The notes: generated by a model not told the origin, from the letters alone. 64,000 nt of DNA from Comamonadaceae bacterium (GCA_027488735.1 JAIYBB010000002.1:11053-75052), one strand, 5' to 3'; counted from the stretch's first letter, positions 17,981 through 29,928 are shown. Numbers and translations are program-made.

Positions 17981-18589
17981 ATGGCAAACCCCACAGGTTT
18001 TAATTTCGACAATTTTTTACCGGGCTTTGATTTTTTGAAGCAATTCGCCCAAGCCAACCCAGCCGCCACCATGCCTGCTGGAGCGCAATGGGTCACGCCC
18101 ACTTTGGACCCGGTCGAATTGGACAAGCGCATTCAAGATTTGAAATCGGTGCAATTTTGGCTAGACCAAAACGCCAAAGCATTGAGCGCCACCATTCAGG
18201 CGCTGGAAGTGCAGCGCATGACCTTGTCTACCTTGCAAAGCATGAATGTCGGCATGGCCGATGTGGCCGCAGCCATGGCTGGCAAACCCGCACAGGCCGC
18301 CACGGCTTCTGCTGAAACAAAAGCTTCAACCGGTCAAAGTACCGTGGACCCGATGCAATGGTGGGGCGCCATCGGTCAGCAGTTTCAAACCATTGCCTCG
18401 CAGGCTGTGGCTGACATGCAAAAGCATGCCAACACTTTTGCTACCGCCACGGACAAGGCCGCGCCAGCCTCGGCAACACCAGCCTCGGCAACCAAACCTC
18501 GCGCAGCCCGGCCCCGTAAAACTGCGTCGACCCGCGCCACCCGCCCCGCCGCAAAACCGCGTTCGCAGCCCCGAAAAGCCAAGCCTTGA
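17981..18589 (+). CDS. PhaM-like polyhydroxyalkanoate-granule-associated protein
   Basis: N-terminal LDKRIQDLKSVQFWLDQNAKALSATIQALEVQRMTLSTLQSM, and a basic Pro/Ala/Lys/Arg tail (KPRAARPRK...KPRSQPRKAKP) as in PhaM. The assignment is from memory. Confidence 0.55.
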   Translation: MANPTGFNFDNFLPGFDFLKQFAQANPAATMPAGAQWVTPTLDPVELDKRIQDLKSVQFWLDQNAKALSATIQALEVQRMTLSTLQSMNVGMADVAAAMAGKPAQAATASAETKASTGQSTVDPMQWWGAIGQQFQTIASQAVADMQKHANTFATATDKAAPASATPASATKPRAARPRKTASTRATRPAAKPRSQPRKAKP

Positions 18590-19842
18590 TGAAACTGTTC
18601 CCAAACGGCCATGCCACCCATCCGCATTGGCAGATGGCGGCTGATATGGTGCTGGCGCAATTGCGCGCATGCATGAAGCAAGACGCCTTTGCCGGGCTTC
18701 CTGCATTGGGCTTGGTCTACATCACCGACCATTTCGCGGCTTATGCGCCAGAGCTGCTCGACCATTTGGCCGACGAGTTGCCCGACGTTCAGCAATGGAG
18801 TGGCACCGTTGGCGTGGGCATTTTTGGCAACAGCACAGAGTACGTAGACACACCTGCATTGAGCGTGATGTTGTGCGATGTGCCTGCGTCAGAGTTTCGC
18901 GTGTTCAGTGGTAACGCGCCGCTGGGACAAGCCATGGTGCAAGGTTTTGAGGCGCACACGGCATTGGTCCATGCAGATTCACACACGCCAGAGCTCAGCG
19001 AATTGATCGTGGACTTGGCCGACCGCACCGAGACTGGCGCAGTGTTTGGTGGTTTGGCGTCCAGCAGAGGTGATGTGGTGCAGTTTGCCCGCAGCCTGAG
19101 CGACAGCGCGCCCAAGCGCGGCCAAGGTGTTTACAGCGGCGGTTTGAGTGGCGTGGCGTTCAGCCCCAGCGTTGCCATGCTGACACGGGTCACGCAAGGC
19201 TGTTTGCCGTTTGGCGAAATACACCAAATCACTTCCGCCAAAGAGCATGTGGTGCTGACCTTGGACGATGCCCCGGCGCTTTACACATTGATGCAGGCCT
19301 TGCATGTGCCCATCGACAACCCGCGTTCAGCGGTAGACAAGGTGCGCGAAACACTGGTGGGTTTGTCCTTGCCCGACCAAGCCGTCTTGCGTGCCACGGG
19401 GGGCTTGGATGATGCGGCCATGGTGAGGCACATCATTGGTTTGGACCCGGTGCGCCACGGCGTGGCTGTGGCACATGCTGTCAGCGAAGGTATGCAGTTG
19501 GTGTTTTGCAAACGAGACGCAGCATCGGCCAAGGCCGATTTGCTGCGCATGGCCACCGAAATTCGGGAATCACTGGAGCCGCTAGAGGCTGAGGCCGAGC
19601 CTTGGGTGACGACAGGCGCTTCACTTGGCATGTCTCGCCAAGGACGCCGAATTGCGGGTGCGATCTACATCAGTTGCACCGGCAGAGGCGGGTCGCATTT
19701 CGGCGCACCGAACGCGGAATTGAACATCATCCGCCGCGCCTTGGGGGATGTGCCGCTGGTGGGTTTTCTCGCGGCGGGTGAAATCGCCAACCAACAGGTA
19801 TACGGCTACACCGGGGTATTGACCGTGTTCACCACCCCTTGA
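18589..19842 (+). CDS. FIST-domain signal-transduction protein
   Basis: About 417 aa. The C-terminal GFLAAGEI... end is typical of FIST_C. ATG 18589 overlaps the upstream TGA by 1 nt. Confidence 0.6.
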   Translation: MKLFPNGHATHPHWQMAADMVLAQLRACMKQDAFAGLPALGLVYITDHFAAYAPELLDHLADELPDVQQWSGTVGVGIFGNSTEYVDTPALSVMLCDVPASEFRVFSGNAPLGQAMVQGFEAHTALVHADSHTPELSELIVDLADRTETGAVFGGLASSRGDVVQFARSLSDSAPKRGQGVYSGGLSGVAFSPSVAMLTRVTQGCLPFGEIHQITSAKEHVVLTLDDAPALYTLMQALHVPIDNPRSAVDKVRETLVGLSLPDQAVLRATGGLDDAAMVRHIIGLDPVRHGVAVAHAVSEGMQLVFCKRDAASAKADLLRMATEIRESLEPLEAEAEPWVTTGASLGMSRQGRRIAGAIYISCTGRGGSHFGAPNAELNIIRRALGDVPLVGFLAAGEIANQQVYGYTGVLTVFTTP

Positions 19843-19993
19843 TATAGCGGCAAGTATGCCGGTTGTTTTACTGTCTATAAGACCACTTAAAAGCTGCACT
19901 AAGTATCATTAAATAGATTGATTTAAATATTTAAGAATTAGTATTTGCATGCGGGTGCGGCAACAGCTTGCGCCCTCTCTTCAGGAGACTGGC

Positions 19994-21283
19994 ATGCAAG
20001 TTCAAACGTTTCATTCGTCTGGTTTTCATCGGCTGGCAACAAGCCCTAAATCGCGGCGCTTGTTCTCATCATTGCTGGTGGTGGGCTGTGTCGCGCTGGC
20101 AGGTGCAACATGCCAAACCGCGCAGGCGCAAGAGGCGGACACATCGCCTGCGGTACGGGACACTTTCAGCATCAGCAGTGCGTATTTTGAAAACAACTAT
20201 GCGAACAATGTTGATTACGCGCAATTCACCATTGATGCCCATTCAGCCTCTGGCAGGCTGGCTATGTATGGGTACGACAAATTTGCAGATTTATTGAATG
20301 GGCCGTGGTCACGCGTGGCTTATGTCGGGGCTACAGGATTACTTACTGGATTCATGGGAGTGGGCCTCTCCTACCACGAGTGGGGCCATGCAAGCCGTGT
20401 TGTGGCTTTAGGCGGCACCGCGACGATGTCCAAATGTTTGGGTGGAGGCTGCCCGGCTCCCCGGGACTTCTTTGGGTATGCCGCTTCACAGTTTTACACT
20501 TTCGAAGGTGGATCAGTTCGATCCTCGGGACGAATTGACCAAGCCAATGCCAGCTCGGGAAAAGCCTTCAGAAGCATTGACATTGGCGGCGGCGTGAATA
20601 ACGACGAGTTGGTGGCGGACAAATACGCTGAACAGCATTTTTTAAATGGCTCCGGTCATTTGTTTGGTTCCAGCGCTGGCAATTTATCGATAGCGCTTTA
20701 CAGCCCAAAGGGACCGAATGGTGATGTCGGACAGGCGGCCTCTCATTACAGGGCTACAGGTGTTGACAAGCAAATCACCGAGCGTGATCTGATAAACATC
20801 AACAAGCTCAGTTTGATCAGCGGCGCCAACATCACATTCGCACGTTCGTTGTATGAGTTTGCAGTCAACGGAAACTACATCACCAAGCCCTGGACCATCA
20901 ACGGTTTTCTGGTCCCCAACCAATACAACTACCTCAGCTCGCGCGGCATCACCCGCAAATGGGTCAGCGGCTACGAGTGGAACGACACCACCAAATTGCT
21001 TGGCTCTTACGAATACGTGGTGCGTGGAGACAAATTCGCCGAGCCGGGTGTGGGTATTTACAAAAACTTTGGTGGTTGGGATGCCTTGGCCAAAGTCAGC
21101 GGCAAGACCGTGAGTTGGGCCAATTGGGAAACCGCATTCAGCAAGCGACTGAACAAAAACTGGAAGCTCACCGCCACAGCTTATGTGTGGGACTCGCGCT
21201 CGCTGCTGGGTGAGCGCAATAGTTTGAAACTCAAGGACGATAAAACTCGTCAGGGCAGTGTGGCTGCGGCGTATGAATATTGA
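19994..21283 (+). CDS. Hypothetical secreted protein with HExxH motif and beta-rich C-terminal half
   Basis: Signal peptide ...ATCQTAQA|QE. A hydrophobic segment is followed by YHEWGHAS. The C-terminal 150 aa show alternating beta-strand-like patterning and end in YEY. Composition is AT-richer than the neighbours. Confidence 0.6.
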   Translation: MQVQTFHSSGFHRLATSPKSRRLFSSLLVVGCVALAGATCQTAQAQEADTSPAVRDTFSISSAYFENNYANNVDYAQFTIDAHSASGRLAMYGYDKFADLLNGPWSRVAYVGATGLLTGFMGVGLSYHEWGHASRVVALGGTATMSKCLGGGCPAPRDFFGYAASQFYTFEGGSVRSSGRIDQANASSGKAFRSIDIGGGVNNDELVADKYAEQHFLNGSGHLFGSSAGNLSIALYSPKGPNGDVGQAASHYRATGVDKQITERDLININKLSLISGANITFARSLYEFAVNGNYITKPWTINGFLVPNQYNYLSSRGITRKWVSGYEWNDTTKLLGSYEYVVRGDKFAEPGVGIYKNFGGWDALAKVSGKTVSWANWETAFSKRLNKNWKLTATAYVWDSRSLLGERNSLKLKDDKTRQGSVAAAYEY

Positions 21284-21429
21284 CGGAAGTTATTAAAGCA
21301 AGTGCAAGCACATGTCAGATCAGTAGCATCGGGTAGAGCTGACAGCCAGTTTCCTGGGCACACCGCGTCAAATGGACTGCTTTCCAGGCGCCATTTACAG
21401 TTGCTATATATATTTTCTAGGAGGTAGTC

Positions 21430-21663
21430 ATGTCCATCGGCACCGTTTTCGTCAATAACCGTACCCAGGCCGTGCGCCTGCCTTTGGACGTGGGTCTACC
21501 CGAGGGTGTCCAAAAGGTAGACATTCGCGTCAAAGGCAAGGAGCGCATCATCTCCCCCATCGGCCAAAGCTGGGACAGCTTCTTTGTTGATGGCCCCGCA
21601 GTGAGCGACGACTTTTTGCCCGAGCGCGCCACGCAGCACCAGCCGGAGCGAGAGGCGCTTTGA
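21430..21663 (+). CDS. vapB: Type II antitoxin VapB (AbrB/SpoVT-fold)
   Basis: MSIGTVFVNNRTQAVRLPLDV...V.I...G..RIISP is the typical VapB/VagC N-terminus. RBS AGGAGG lies 6 nt upstream. Confidence 0.85.
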   Translation: MSIGTVFVNNRTQAVRLPLDVGLPEGVQKVDIRVKGKERIISPIGQSWDSFFVDGPAVSDDFLPERATQHQPEREAL

Positions 21664-22070
21664 TGCTGCTTTACCTGTAAGACACCAACATCATCATCTA
21701 TGTATTGAAGCGGGTCCCCATCGAGGTGCTCTCCACCTTCAACGCCAACGCCAGCCGCATGGCAATGTCCTCCATCACCCTTGCCGAACTCTTGCACGGT
21801 GCATAGAAAAGCAGCCGCGTGAGCGAAAACCTATCCGCCATCGAGGACTTTTGCAGCCGCTTGGAAGTTCTGCCCTATGGCCCCAAGGCCGCGCAGCATT
21901 ACGGAGCCATTCGCGCAGCCTTGGAAAAACTCGGCCAGCCTATCGGCGTGAACGACCTGCACATTGCAGCGCACGCCCGCAGCGAAGGCCTGGTGCTGGT
22001 GACCAACAACGTGGGGGAGTTTGCGCGGGTGCCTGCATTGGAAGTGGAAAATTGGGTGCACACGGCGTAG
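21663..22070 (+). pseudogene. vapC: vapC (PIN-domain toxin) inactivated by two in-frame nonsense codons
   Basis: ATG 21663 overlaps the vapB TGA. One frame runs to TAG 22068-22070 and reads MLLYL*DTNIIIYVLK...LAELLHGA*KSSRV...GVNDLHIAAHARSEGLVLVTNN... Stops are TAA 21678-21680 and TAG 21804-21806. Confidence 0.85.
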
Positions 22071-22345
22071 TAATGTAGATGGTTATTTTCGTGGGGGCGC
22101 ATAAGACACCATCCACAGCTTTCCTTTGATTTTGCGAGGTTTTAGAGTTAGGCAAATTAAGCGGGTCATTGTTTTGTAGAGATGCTCTAAAGCTAAGGCG
22201 AAAAATTACATTAATTTGTACTTATTACTTTATCTATTTTAGTTTATATTAATTACTTTCATTGGTGGCAAAGCATCAGGCAATGAGGAATTTCCTCAGG
22301 TGGTTTTGCCTTTTAAAACAAATTAAATTCTCTAGGAGACATTTT

Positions 22346-23461
22346 GTGAACGTAGAAAGATTGCACTCTATAGCCCTGGCTCTTCAAGACGATCTTCGGA
22401 TTGCAAATATTACAAGCCACATGCAGCAGTTGGTTTCAGCGCTTCAGAACCAAATTTATCAACCGGGTCAACCAGAATACCAACATCAGGTCGGTCAGTC
22501 ACGCCTAGCCCTACAAAATGCACTAAACATTTCAAAAGTTAATAAATTTAGTCCTACTTGGCTTCAGGTATTGGAAGAGATAGGTGCTTCACCACTGATT
22601 GGACTAAAGCTTGGTGAGCGTGTTGGTGAAATCTTTTTGAGGAATCAAATCACCCCGTCTGTAGCGCTTGAGGAACTGCAAGCCATATTTACTGAGTTTC
22701 AAGCACTATCGACTTCTATTGACCAAATGGTCGTAGCTTTCCAGCAACTTAAGATCGGATCTGAGGCACTTACCGCTGGTGGCTGTGAGGTAGGGATTCT
22801 GGTTCCAAGGATGTTTGTTTATAACAGGCTGGACAAGTTCACTAAAGAACTATCGGAACTCAATTTGATTTTTGGTGATTTTGCAGAAGTTGCTACAGGT
22901 GAACGTCCAGGATTTGAAATTCGCACAATTTCCTCGTCTGATCTCTCAATATTTTTTGACACTGCTTCTATGGTCGGTGCCTGTATCGCGTTTGCAATGG
23001 AGCGGATCATTGCGCTTTACAAACAACTCCTAGAAATCCGTAAGTTGCACGGGGAGCTAGTTAAGCAAGGTCTTGCAAAAGAAAGTCTTGAGGGCATAGA
23101 AAATCATGTGAACAGCCATATGGAACAGGGAATCGAAAAAATTGTTTCAGAACTTCTGACAGAGTTCCACAATGGAGCAGACCATAGACGGAAATCTGAG
23201 CTTAGCATCTCACTCAAATACACATTAAAAAAGCTTGCGAATCGCGTCGACCGCGGATTCAATATCGAGGTTCGTATGAATGAGCCCGAGCCAACAGAGT
23301 CGGAAGCAAATGAGCAAGAGGGTCAGTCGGGCAAAGATACTAAAAAACATTACGCGCGAATAGTCGATGCGGCAGAGACCCTTCAGTTTCTCAAGTTGGA
23401 AGGTGAGCCCATACTCCGCCTCACCGAAGACAAGAACGAAGATGAAAAAAAGGCGTTGTGA
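22346..23461 (+). CDS. Orphan hypothetical protein (372 aa), predicted mostly helical, with an acidic C-terminal tail
   Basis: GTG 22346 lies 7 nt after AGGAG (the ORF opens at 22262). Markedly AT-rich gene and flanks. No motif recognised. Confidence 0.6.
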   Translation: MNVERLHSIALALQDDLRIANITSHMQQLVSALQNQIYQPGQPEYQHQVGQSRLALQNALNISKVNKFSPTWLQVLEEIGASPLIGLKLGERVGEIFLRNQITPSVALEELQAIFTEFQALSTSIDQMVVAFQQLKIGSEALTAGGCEVGILVPRMFVYNRLDKFTKELSELNLIFGDFAEVATGERPGFEIRTISSSDLSIFFDTASMVGACIAFAMERIIALYKQLLEIRKLHGELVKQGLAKESLEGIENHVNSHMEQGIEKIVSELLTEFHNGADHRRKSELSISLKYTLKKLANRVDRGFNIEVRMNEPEPTESEANEQEGQSGKDTKKHYARIVDAAETLQFLKLEGEPILRLTEDKNEDEKKAL

Positions 23462-23466
23462 GCAAA

Positions 23467-25748
<2,282 letters not shown>

Positions 25749-25872
25749 GTGCTTGAGGGCCGGACGGGCCCGTTCCAAGAGTGAATCAGAGGGCAGATTG
25801 TGGCAGTAAACATTCTGGCGAGATCAAGTGAATCAATCGGATGAGAAAGCATGCCTGAACCCGCGTGTCAGA

Positions 25873-26799
25873 ATGAAGCCAATGATATTCAACGCTGAAC
25901 AAACCGCCGCCGCGCTGCCCTATTTGCCGTTGGCCAAAGCCATACATGCTTTGCTGTTAGATGCTTCCGTGAATGTGCCGCCGCGCTTGGTGCAGCCCTT
26001 GTTCAGCGGTGGCAGTTTGTTCGTGATGCCCGCCTCAGACCAGCGCTTAGCCATCACCAAACTCATCACCTTTGTCGCTGACAACCCGGCGCGTCAACTG
26101 CCTGCGATTCAAGGCGATGTGGTGGTGTTTGATGCCATCAATGGAAAACGTTTGTGCGTTCTTGACGGCCCGACGGTGACGGCGCGGCGCACCGCAGCCG
26201 TGTCTTTGCTGGCCGCGCAACTGCTGTCACCGAACCCTAGTGGCAAGTTAATGATCGTCGGCGCAGGTGTGCAAGGCCGCTCGCACTTGGAAGCGTTTGC
26301 CCAAGGCCTGGGCGTGAAAGAAGTGATGGTCGCTTCGCGCAGCCGTGCCAGCGCGCAGGCATTGGTGCAACATGCCATCAACCTAGGCTTGCAAGCGCAA
26401 GTCGTGAACAACGCGGATGAAGCATTGGCTGAATGCAGTTTGGTCGTCACCGCCACCAGCGCGCAGCACATCGCCATGCGGGCTCGCCCCAGAGACGACG
26501 CGTTCGTGAGCGCGGTGGGCGCGTTCAGCCCGCGCATGGTCGAGTGGTCACCCGAGGTGTGTCTGCACATGGCGCAGCATGGGCGCATCGTTGTCGACAC
26601 CCGCGACGCCGACCACGAGGCCGGTGATTTATTGCAAGCCGGTTTGGATGTGCCCTGCTTTGCTAGTTTGCAAGACCTGGTTCAGCAACCGCACAAATTC
26701 ACGACCACATCAGGACCGGTGTTTTTCAAAAGCTGCGGTTGGGCCGGGTGGGATTTGGCGGCGGCACGCTGTGTGGTGCAAAGTTTGCCCACAGCATAG
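25873..26799 (+). CDS. Ornithine cyclodeaminase / mu-crystallin family protein
   Basis: G..T..RTAA.S, NAD motif MIVGAGVQG, KSCGWAGWDLA near the C-terminus. Start is ATG 25873 or 25882. Confidence 0.75.
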   Translation: MKPMIFNAEQTAAALPYLPLAKAIHALLLDASVNVPPRLVQPLFSGGSLFVMPASDQRLAITKLITFVADNPARQLPAIQGDVVVFDAINGKRLCVLDGPTVTARRTAAVSLLAAQLLSPNPSGKLMIVGAGVQGRSHLEAFAQGLGVKEVMVASRSRASAQALVQHAINLGLQAQVVNNADEALAECSLVVTATSAQHIAMRARPRDDAFVSAVGAFSPRMVEWSPEVCLHMAQHGRIVVDTRDADHEAGDLLQAGLDVPCFASLQDLVQQPHKFTTTSGPVFFKSCGWAGWDLAAARCVVQSLPTA

Positions 26800-26828
26800 A
26801 CAGGCCAACAGGCACAATCCGCTCACCC

Positions 26829-28958
26829 ATGTCTGTCGATACAACTTCCAACACCGTCGCCGAGCGCAAACCGCTGTCCGTGCCGCAAAAAGCCTTGCGC
26901 AAAATGGGCTTGCTGCGCCCGGTGGACATGGCTTTGCATTTGCCCATGCGTTACGAGGACGAAACCCGCTTGGGCACACTCAGCTCAGCGCGGGACGGTG
27001 ACACCTTGCAATTTGAAGCCGTGGTGCAAAGCTGTCAGGTGGTGTTCAAGCCGCGCCGCCAATTGCAAGCGGTGGTGACTGACGGCAGCGACATCTGCAC
27101 GCTGCGTTTTTTCAATTTCTACCCGAACATGCAAAAGGCCTTGGAGGTCGGGCGCAAAGTGCGTTTGCGTGGCGAGTTGCGCGGCGGCTTCATGGGCTAC
27201 ACCATGATGCACCCGACGGTGCAAGCCGCCGGTGCGCCGCTGGCTGCGGCGTTGACACCCGTGTACCCCAGCACCGCAGAATTGCCGCAAGCCTATTTGC
27301 GCAAAGCCGTGCTGGGTGGCTTGGCGCGAGCGTTACAAAGCGACGCTTTCACAGAGACGATTCCGCGCGAGCATTTGCCGCCTCACACTTGGGGCTTGCG
27401 CGAGAGCTTGCAGTTTTTGCACCACCCGTCGCCAGATGTGTCGCTGGACGAATTGGAAGACCGCAGCCACCCGGCCTGGCAACGTCTGAAGGCCGAAGAA
27501 CTGCTGGCGCAACAGTTGTCGCAATTGCAGGCCAAGCGTGAACGCCAGTTGTTGAATGCGCCGGTGCTGGCGCACAGCACGCGAGCCGATGGCGTACGCG
27601 CGCAGTTGCATGCCGTGTTGCCGTTCACCTTGACCGGTGCGCAAACCCGGGTGGTGACTGAAATCGCCAGTGATGTGGCGCGCGCCGTGCCCATGCACCG
27701 TTTGTTGCAAGGCGATGTGGGCTCGGGCAAAACTGTGGTGGCTGCACTCGCCGCCGCCCAATGCATAGACGCCGGTTGGCAATGCGCCTTGATGGCCCCG
27801 ACTGAAATTTTGGCCGAGCAGCATTTCGCCAAATTGGTGGGCTGGTTAGCGCCTGTGTTGCAGCCGCTGGGTTTGCAAGTGGCTTGGCTGACCGGCAGCC
27901 AAAAGAAAAAAGAACGCGATGCCATGTTGGCTTTGGTGGCCAGCGGCGAGGCTGCGCTGGTGGTCGGCACGCACGCCGTCATTCAAGACAAAGTGCAATT
28001 CAAAGCGCTGGGCTTGGCCATCATCGACGAGCAACACCGCTTTGGTGTGGCGCAACGGCTGGCGCTGCGGCAAAAGCTGTCGGATGCTGAAACCTTTGGC
28101 GAACACAGCGAGGGCACGCCGCAGGAACCGCATTTGCTGATGATGAGTGCGACACCGATTCCACGCACGCTTGCCATGAGCTATTACGCCGATTTGGATG
28201 TGTCCACCATCGACGAGTTGCCGCCCGGGCGCACGCCCATCGTCACCAAGCTGGTGGCCGACACCCGGCGGGATGAAATCATCGAGCGCATACGCGTGCA
28301 ATTGACCGAGGGCCGACAGATTTACTGGGTGTGTCCGCTGATCGAAGAAAGCGAAGCGCTGGACTTGCGCAATGCCACCGACACGCACCAAGACTTGTGC
28401 AACGCCTTGCCCGGCGTCATGGTCGGTTTATTGCATTCGCGCATGCCGCAGGCCGAGAAAAAAGCCGTCATGTCTTTGTTTGTGCAAGGGCAAATGGGCG
28501 TGTTGGTCAGCACCACGGTGATTGAAGTCGGTGTGGATGTGCCGAACGCATCGCTGATGGTGATCGAACACGCCGAGCGTTTCGGTTTGAGCCAGTTGCA
28601 CCAGTTGCGCGGGCGGGTCGGTCGCGGTGCCGCCGCGTCTGCGTGCGTCCTCTTGTATTCGCTGGGCGAGCACGGGCGCTTGAGCGACACGGCCAGCGCG
28701 CGTTTGCGTGCCATGGCCGAGACCGGCGACGGGTTTGAAATTGCCAGACGCGATTTGGAGATTCGCGGCCCGGGAGAATTTTTAGGTTCGCGCCAAAGCG
28801 GCGCGGCCATGTTGCGGTTTGCTGATTTGGCGGTGGACGGCGAATTGCTGCAATGGGCACAACAACTCGCACCTGTCATGCTGGACCAGTACCCGTCAAA
28901 CGCGGCGCGGCACGTGGAACGCTGGTTAGGTGGAAAATCCGATTTTCTGAAAGCCTGA
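26829..28958 (+). CDS. recG: ATP-dependent DNA helicase RecG
   Basis: Wedge domain followed by LQGDVGSGKT, IIDEQHRFGV, MSATPIPRTL, QLHQLRGRVGRG. About 709 aa from ATG 26829. Confidence 0.95.
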   Translation: MSVDTTSNTVAERKPLSVPQKALRKMGLLRPVDMALHLPMRYEDETRLGTLSSARDGDTLQFEAVVQSCQVVFKPRRQLQAVVTDGSDICTLRFFNFYPNMQKALEVGRKVRLRGELRGGFMGYTMMHPTVQAAGAPLAAALTPVYPSTAELPQAYLRKAVLGGLARALQSDAFTETIPREHLPPHTWGLRESLQFLHHPSPDVSLDELEDRSHPAWQRLKAEELLAQQLSQLQAKRERQLLNAPVLAHSTRADGVRAQLHAVLPFTLTGAQTRVVTEIASDVARAVPMHRLLQGDVGSGKTVVAALAAAQCIDAGWQCALMAPTEILAEQHFAKLVGWLAPVLQPLGLQVAWLTGSQKKKERDAMLALVASGEAALVVGTHAVIQDKVQFKALGLAIIDEQHRFGVAQRLALRQKLSDAETFGEHSEGTPQEPHLLMMSATPIPRTLAMSYYADLDVSTIDELPPGRTPIVTKLVADTRRDEIIERIRVQLTEGRQIYWVCPLIEESEALDLRNATDTHQDLCNALPGVMVGLLHSRMPQAEKKAVMSLFVQGQMGVLVSTTVIEVGVDVPNASLMVIEHAERFGLSQLHQLRGRVGRGAAASACVLLYSLGEHGRLSDTASARLRAMAETGDGFEIARRDLEIRGPGEFLGSRQSGAAMLRFADLAVDGELLQWAQQLAPVMLDQYPSNAARHVERWLGGKSDFLKA

Positions 28959-28965
28959 ACACACC

Positions 28966-29928
28966 ATGACACTCACCGAACTCAAATACATCGTGGCGGT
29001 GGCGCGCGAAAAGCATTTCGGCCGCGCGGCCGACGCGTGTTTTGTGTCGCAGCCGACGCTGTCAGTCGGCATCAAAAACCTCGAAGAGGAATTGCAAGTC
29101 AAGTTGTTTGAGCGCAGCGCCAACGAAGTGGCGGTCACGCCCTTGGGCGAGGACATCATCCGCCAAGCGCAAAGTGTGCTCGAGCAAGCCGCCAACATCA
29201 AAGAGATTGCCAAGCGCGGCAAAGACCCGTTGGCGGGCCCGCTGCGTTTGGGCGTGATCTACACCATCGCGCCTTATTTGCTGCCCGAGTTGGTGCGCCA
29301 CAGCATCGACATGTCGCCGCAAATGCCGCTGATGCTGCAAGAAAATTTCACCGTGAAATTGCTCGAGATGCTGCGTACCGGTGAGATCGATTGCGCCATC
29401 ATGGCCGAGCCGTTTCCCGACACCGGCTTGGCTATTGCACCTTTGTACGACGAGCCGTTCATGGCCGCGCTGCCCAGCAACCACCCGCTCGCATCGCACG
29501 ACTCCATCAGCGCCACCGAGTTGAAGGCCGAGACCATGTTGCTGCTGGGCAATGGCCATTGTTTCCGCGACCATGTGCTTGAAGTCTGTCCCGAATTCGC
29601 GCGCTTTTCCAACCACACCGAAGGCATTCGCAAAAGTTTTGAAGGCTCGTCGCTGGAAACCATCAAACACATGGTGGCCGCAGGCATGGGCGTGACCTTG
29701 GTGCCAAGACTCAGCGTGCCTAAAGATGCCTTGTTGTCTTCGGGTAAAAAGAAAAAATCTTTGGACACCTATGTGCGCTATTTGCCCATCATCGAAGGCA
29801 AGGACGCACCACCGACGCGCCGCGTGGTGCTGGCTTGGCGGCGCAGCTTTACACGTTACGAAGCGATTGCCGCTTTGCGCAACGCCATCGTCGCCAGCGA
29901 GTTGCCCGGCGTGATGCGACTGTCATGA
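28966..29928 (+). CDS. oxyR: LysR-family hydrogen-peroxide-responsive regulator OxyR
   Basis: [55 protein letters not shown] carries the redox Cys. recG-adjacent, as in many betaproteobacteria. Confidence 0.8.
   Translation: MTLTELKYIVAVAREKHFGRAADACFVSQPTLSVGIKNLEEELQVKLFERSANEVAVTPLGEDIIRQAQSVLEQAANIKEIAKRGKDPLAGPLRLGVIYTIAPYLLPELVRHSIDMSPQMPLMLQENFTVKLLEMLRTGEIDCAIMAEPFPDTGLAIAPLYDEPFMAALPSNHPLASHDSISATELKAETMLLLGNGHCFRDHVLEVCPEFARFSNHTEGIRKSFEGSSLETIKHMVAAGMGVTLVPRLSVPKDALLSSGKKKKSLDTYVRYLPIIEGKDAPPTRRVVLAWRRSFTRYEAIAALRNAIVASELPGVMRLS

Noticed and set aside
21678-21806. Programmed recoding (read-through, selenocysteine or pyrrolysine) of the two vapC stops
   Set aside because: The stops are TAA and TAG, not TGA. 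No SECIS- or PYLIS-like context or pyl genes are evident, and a toxin gene is a classic target for inactivating mutations. A pseudogene is the simpler reading.
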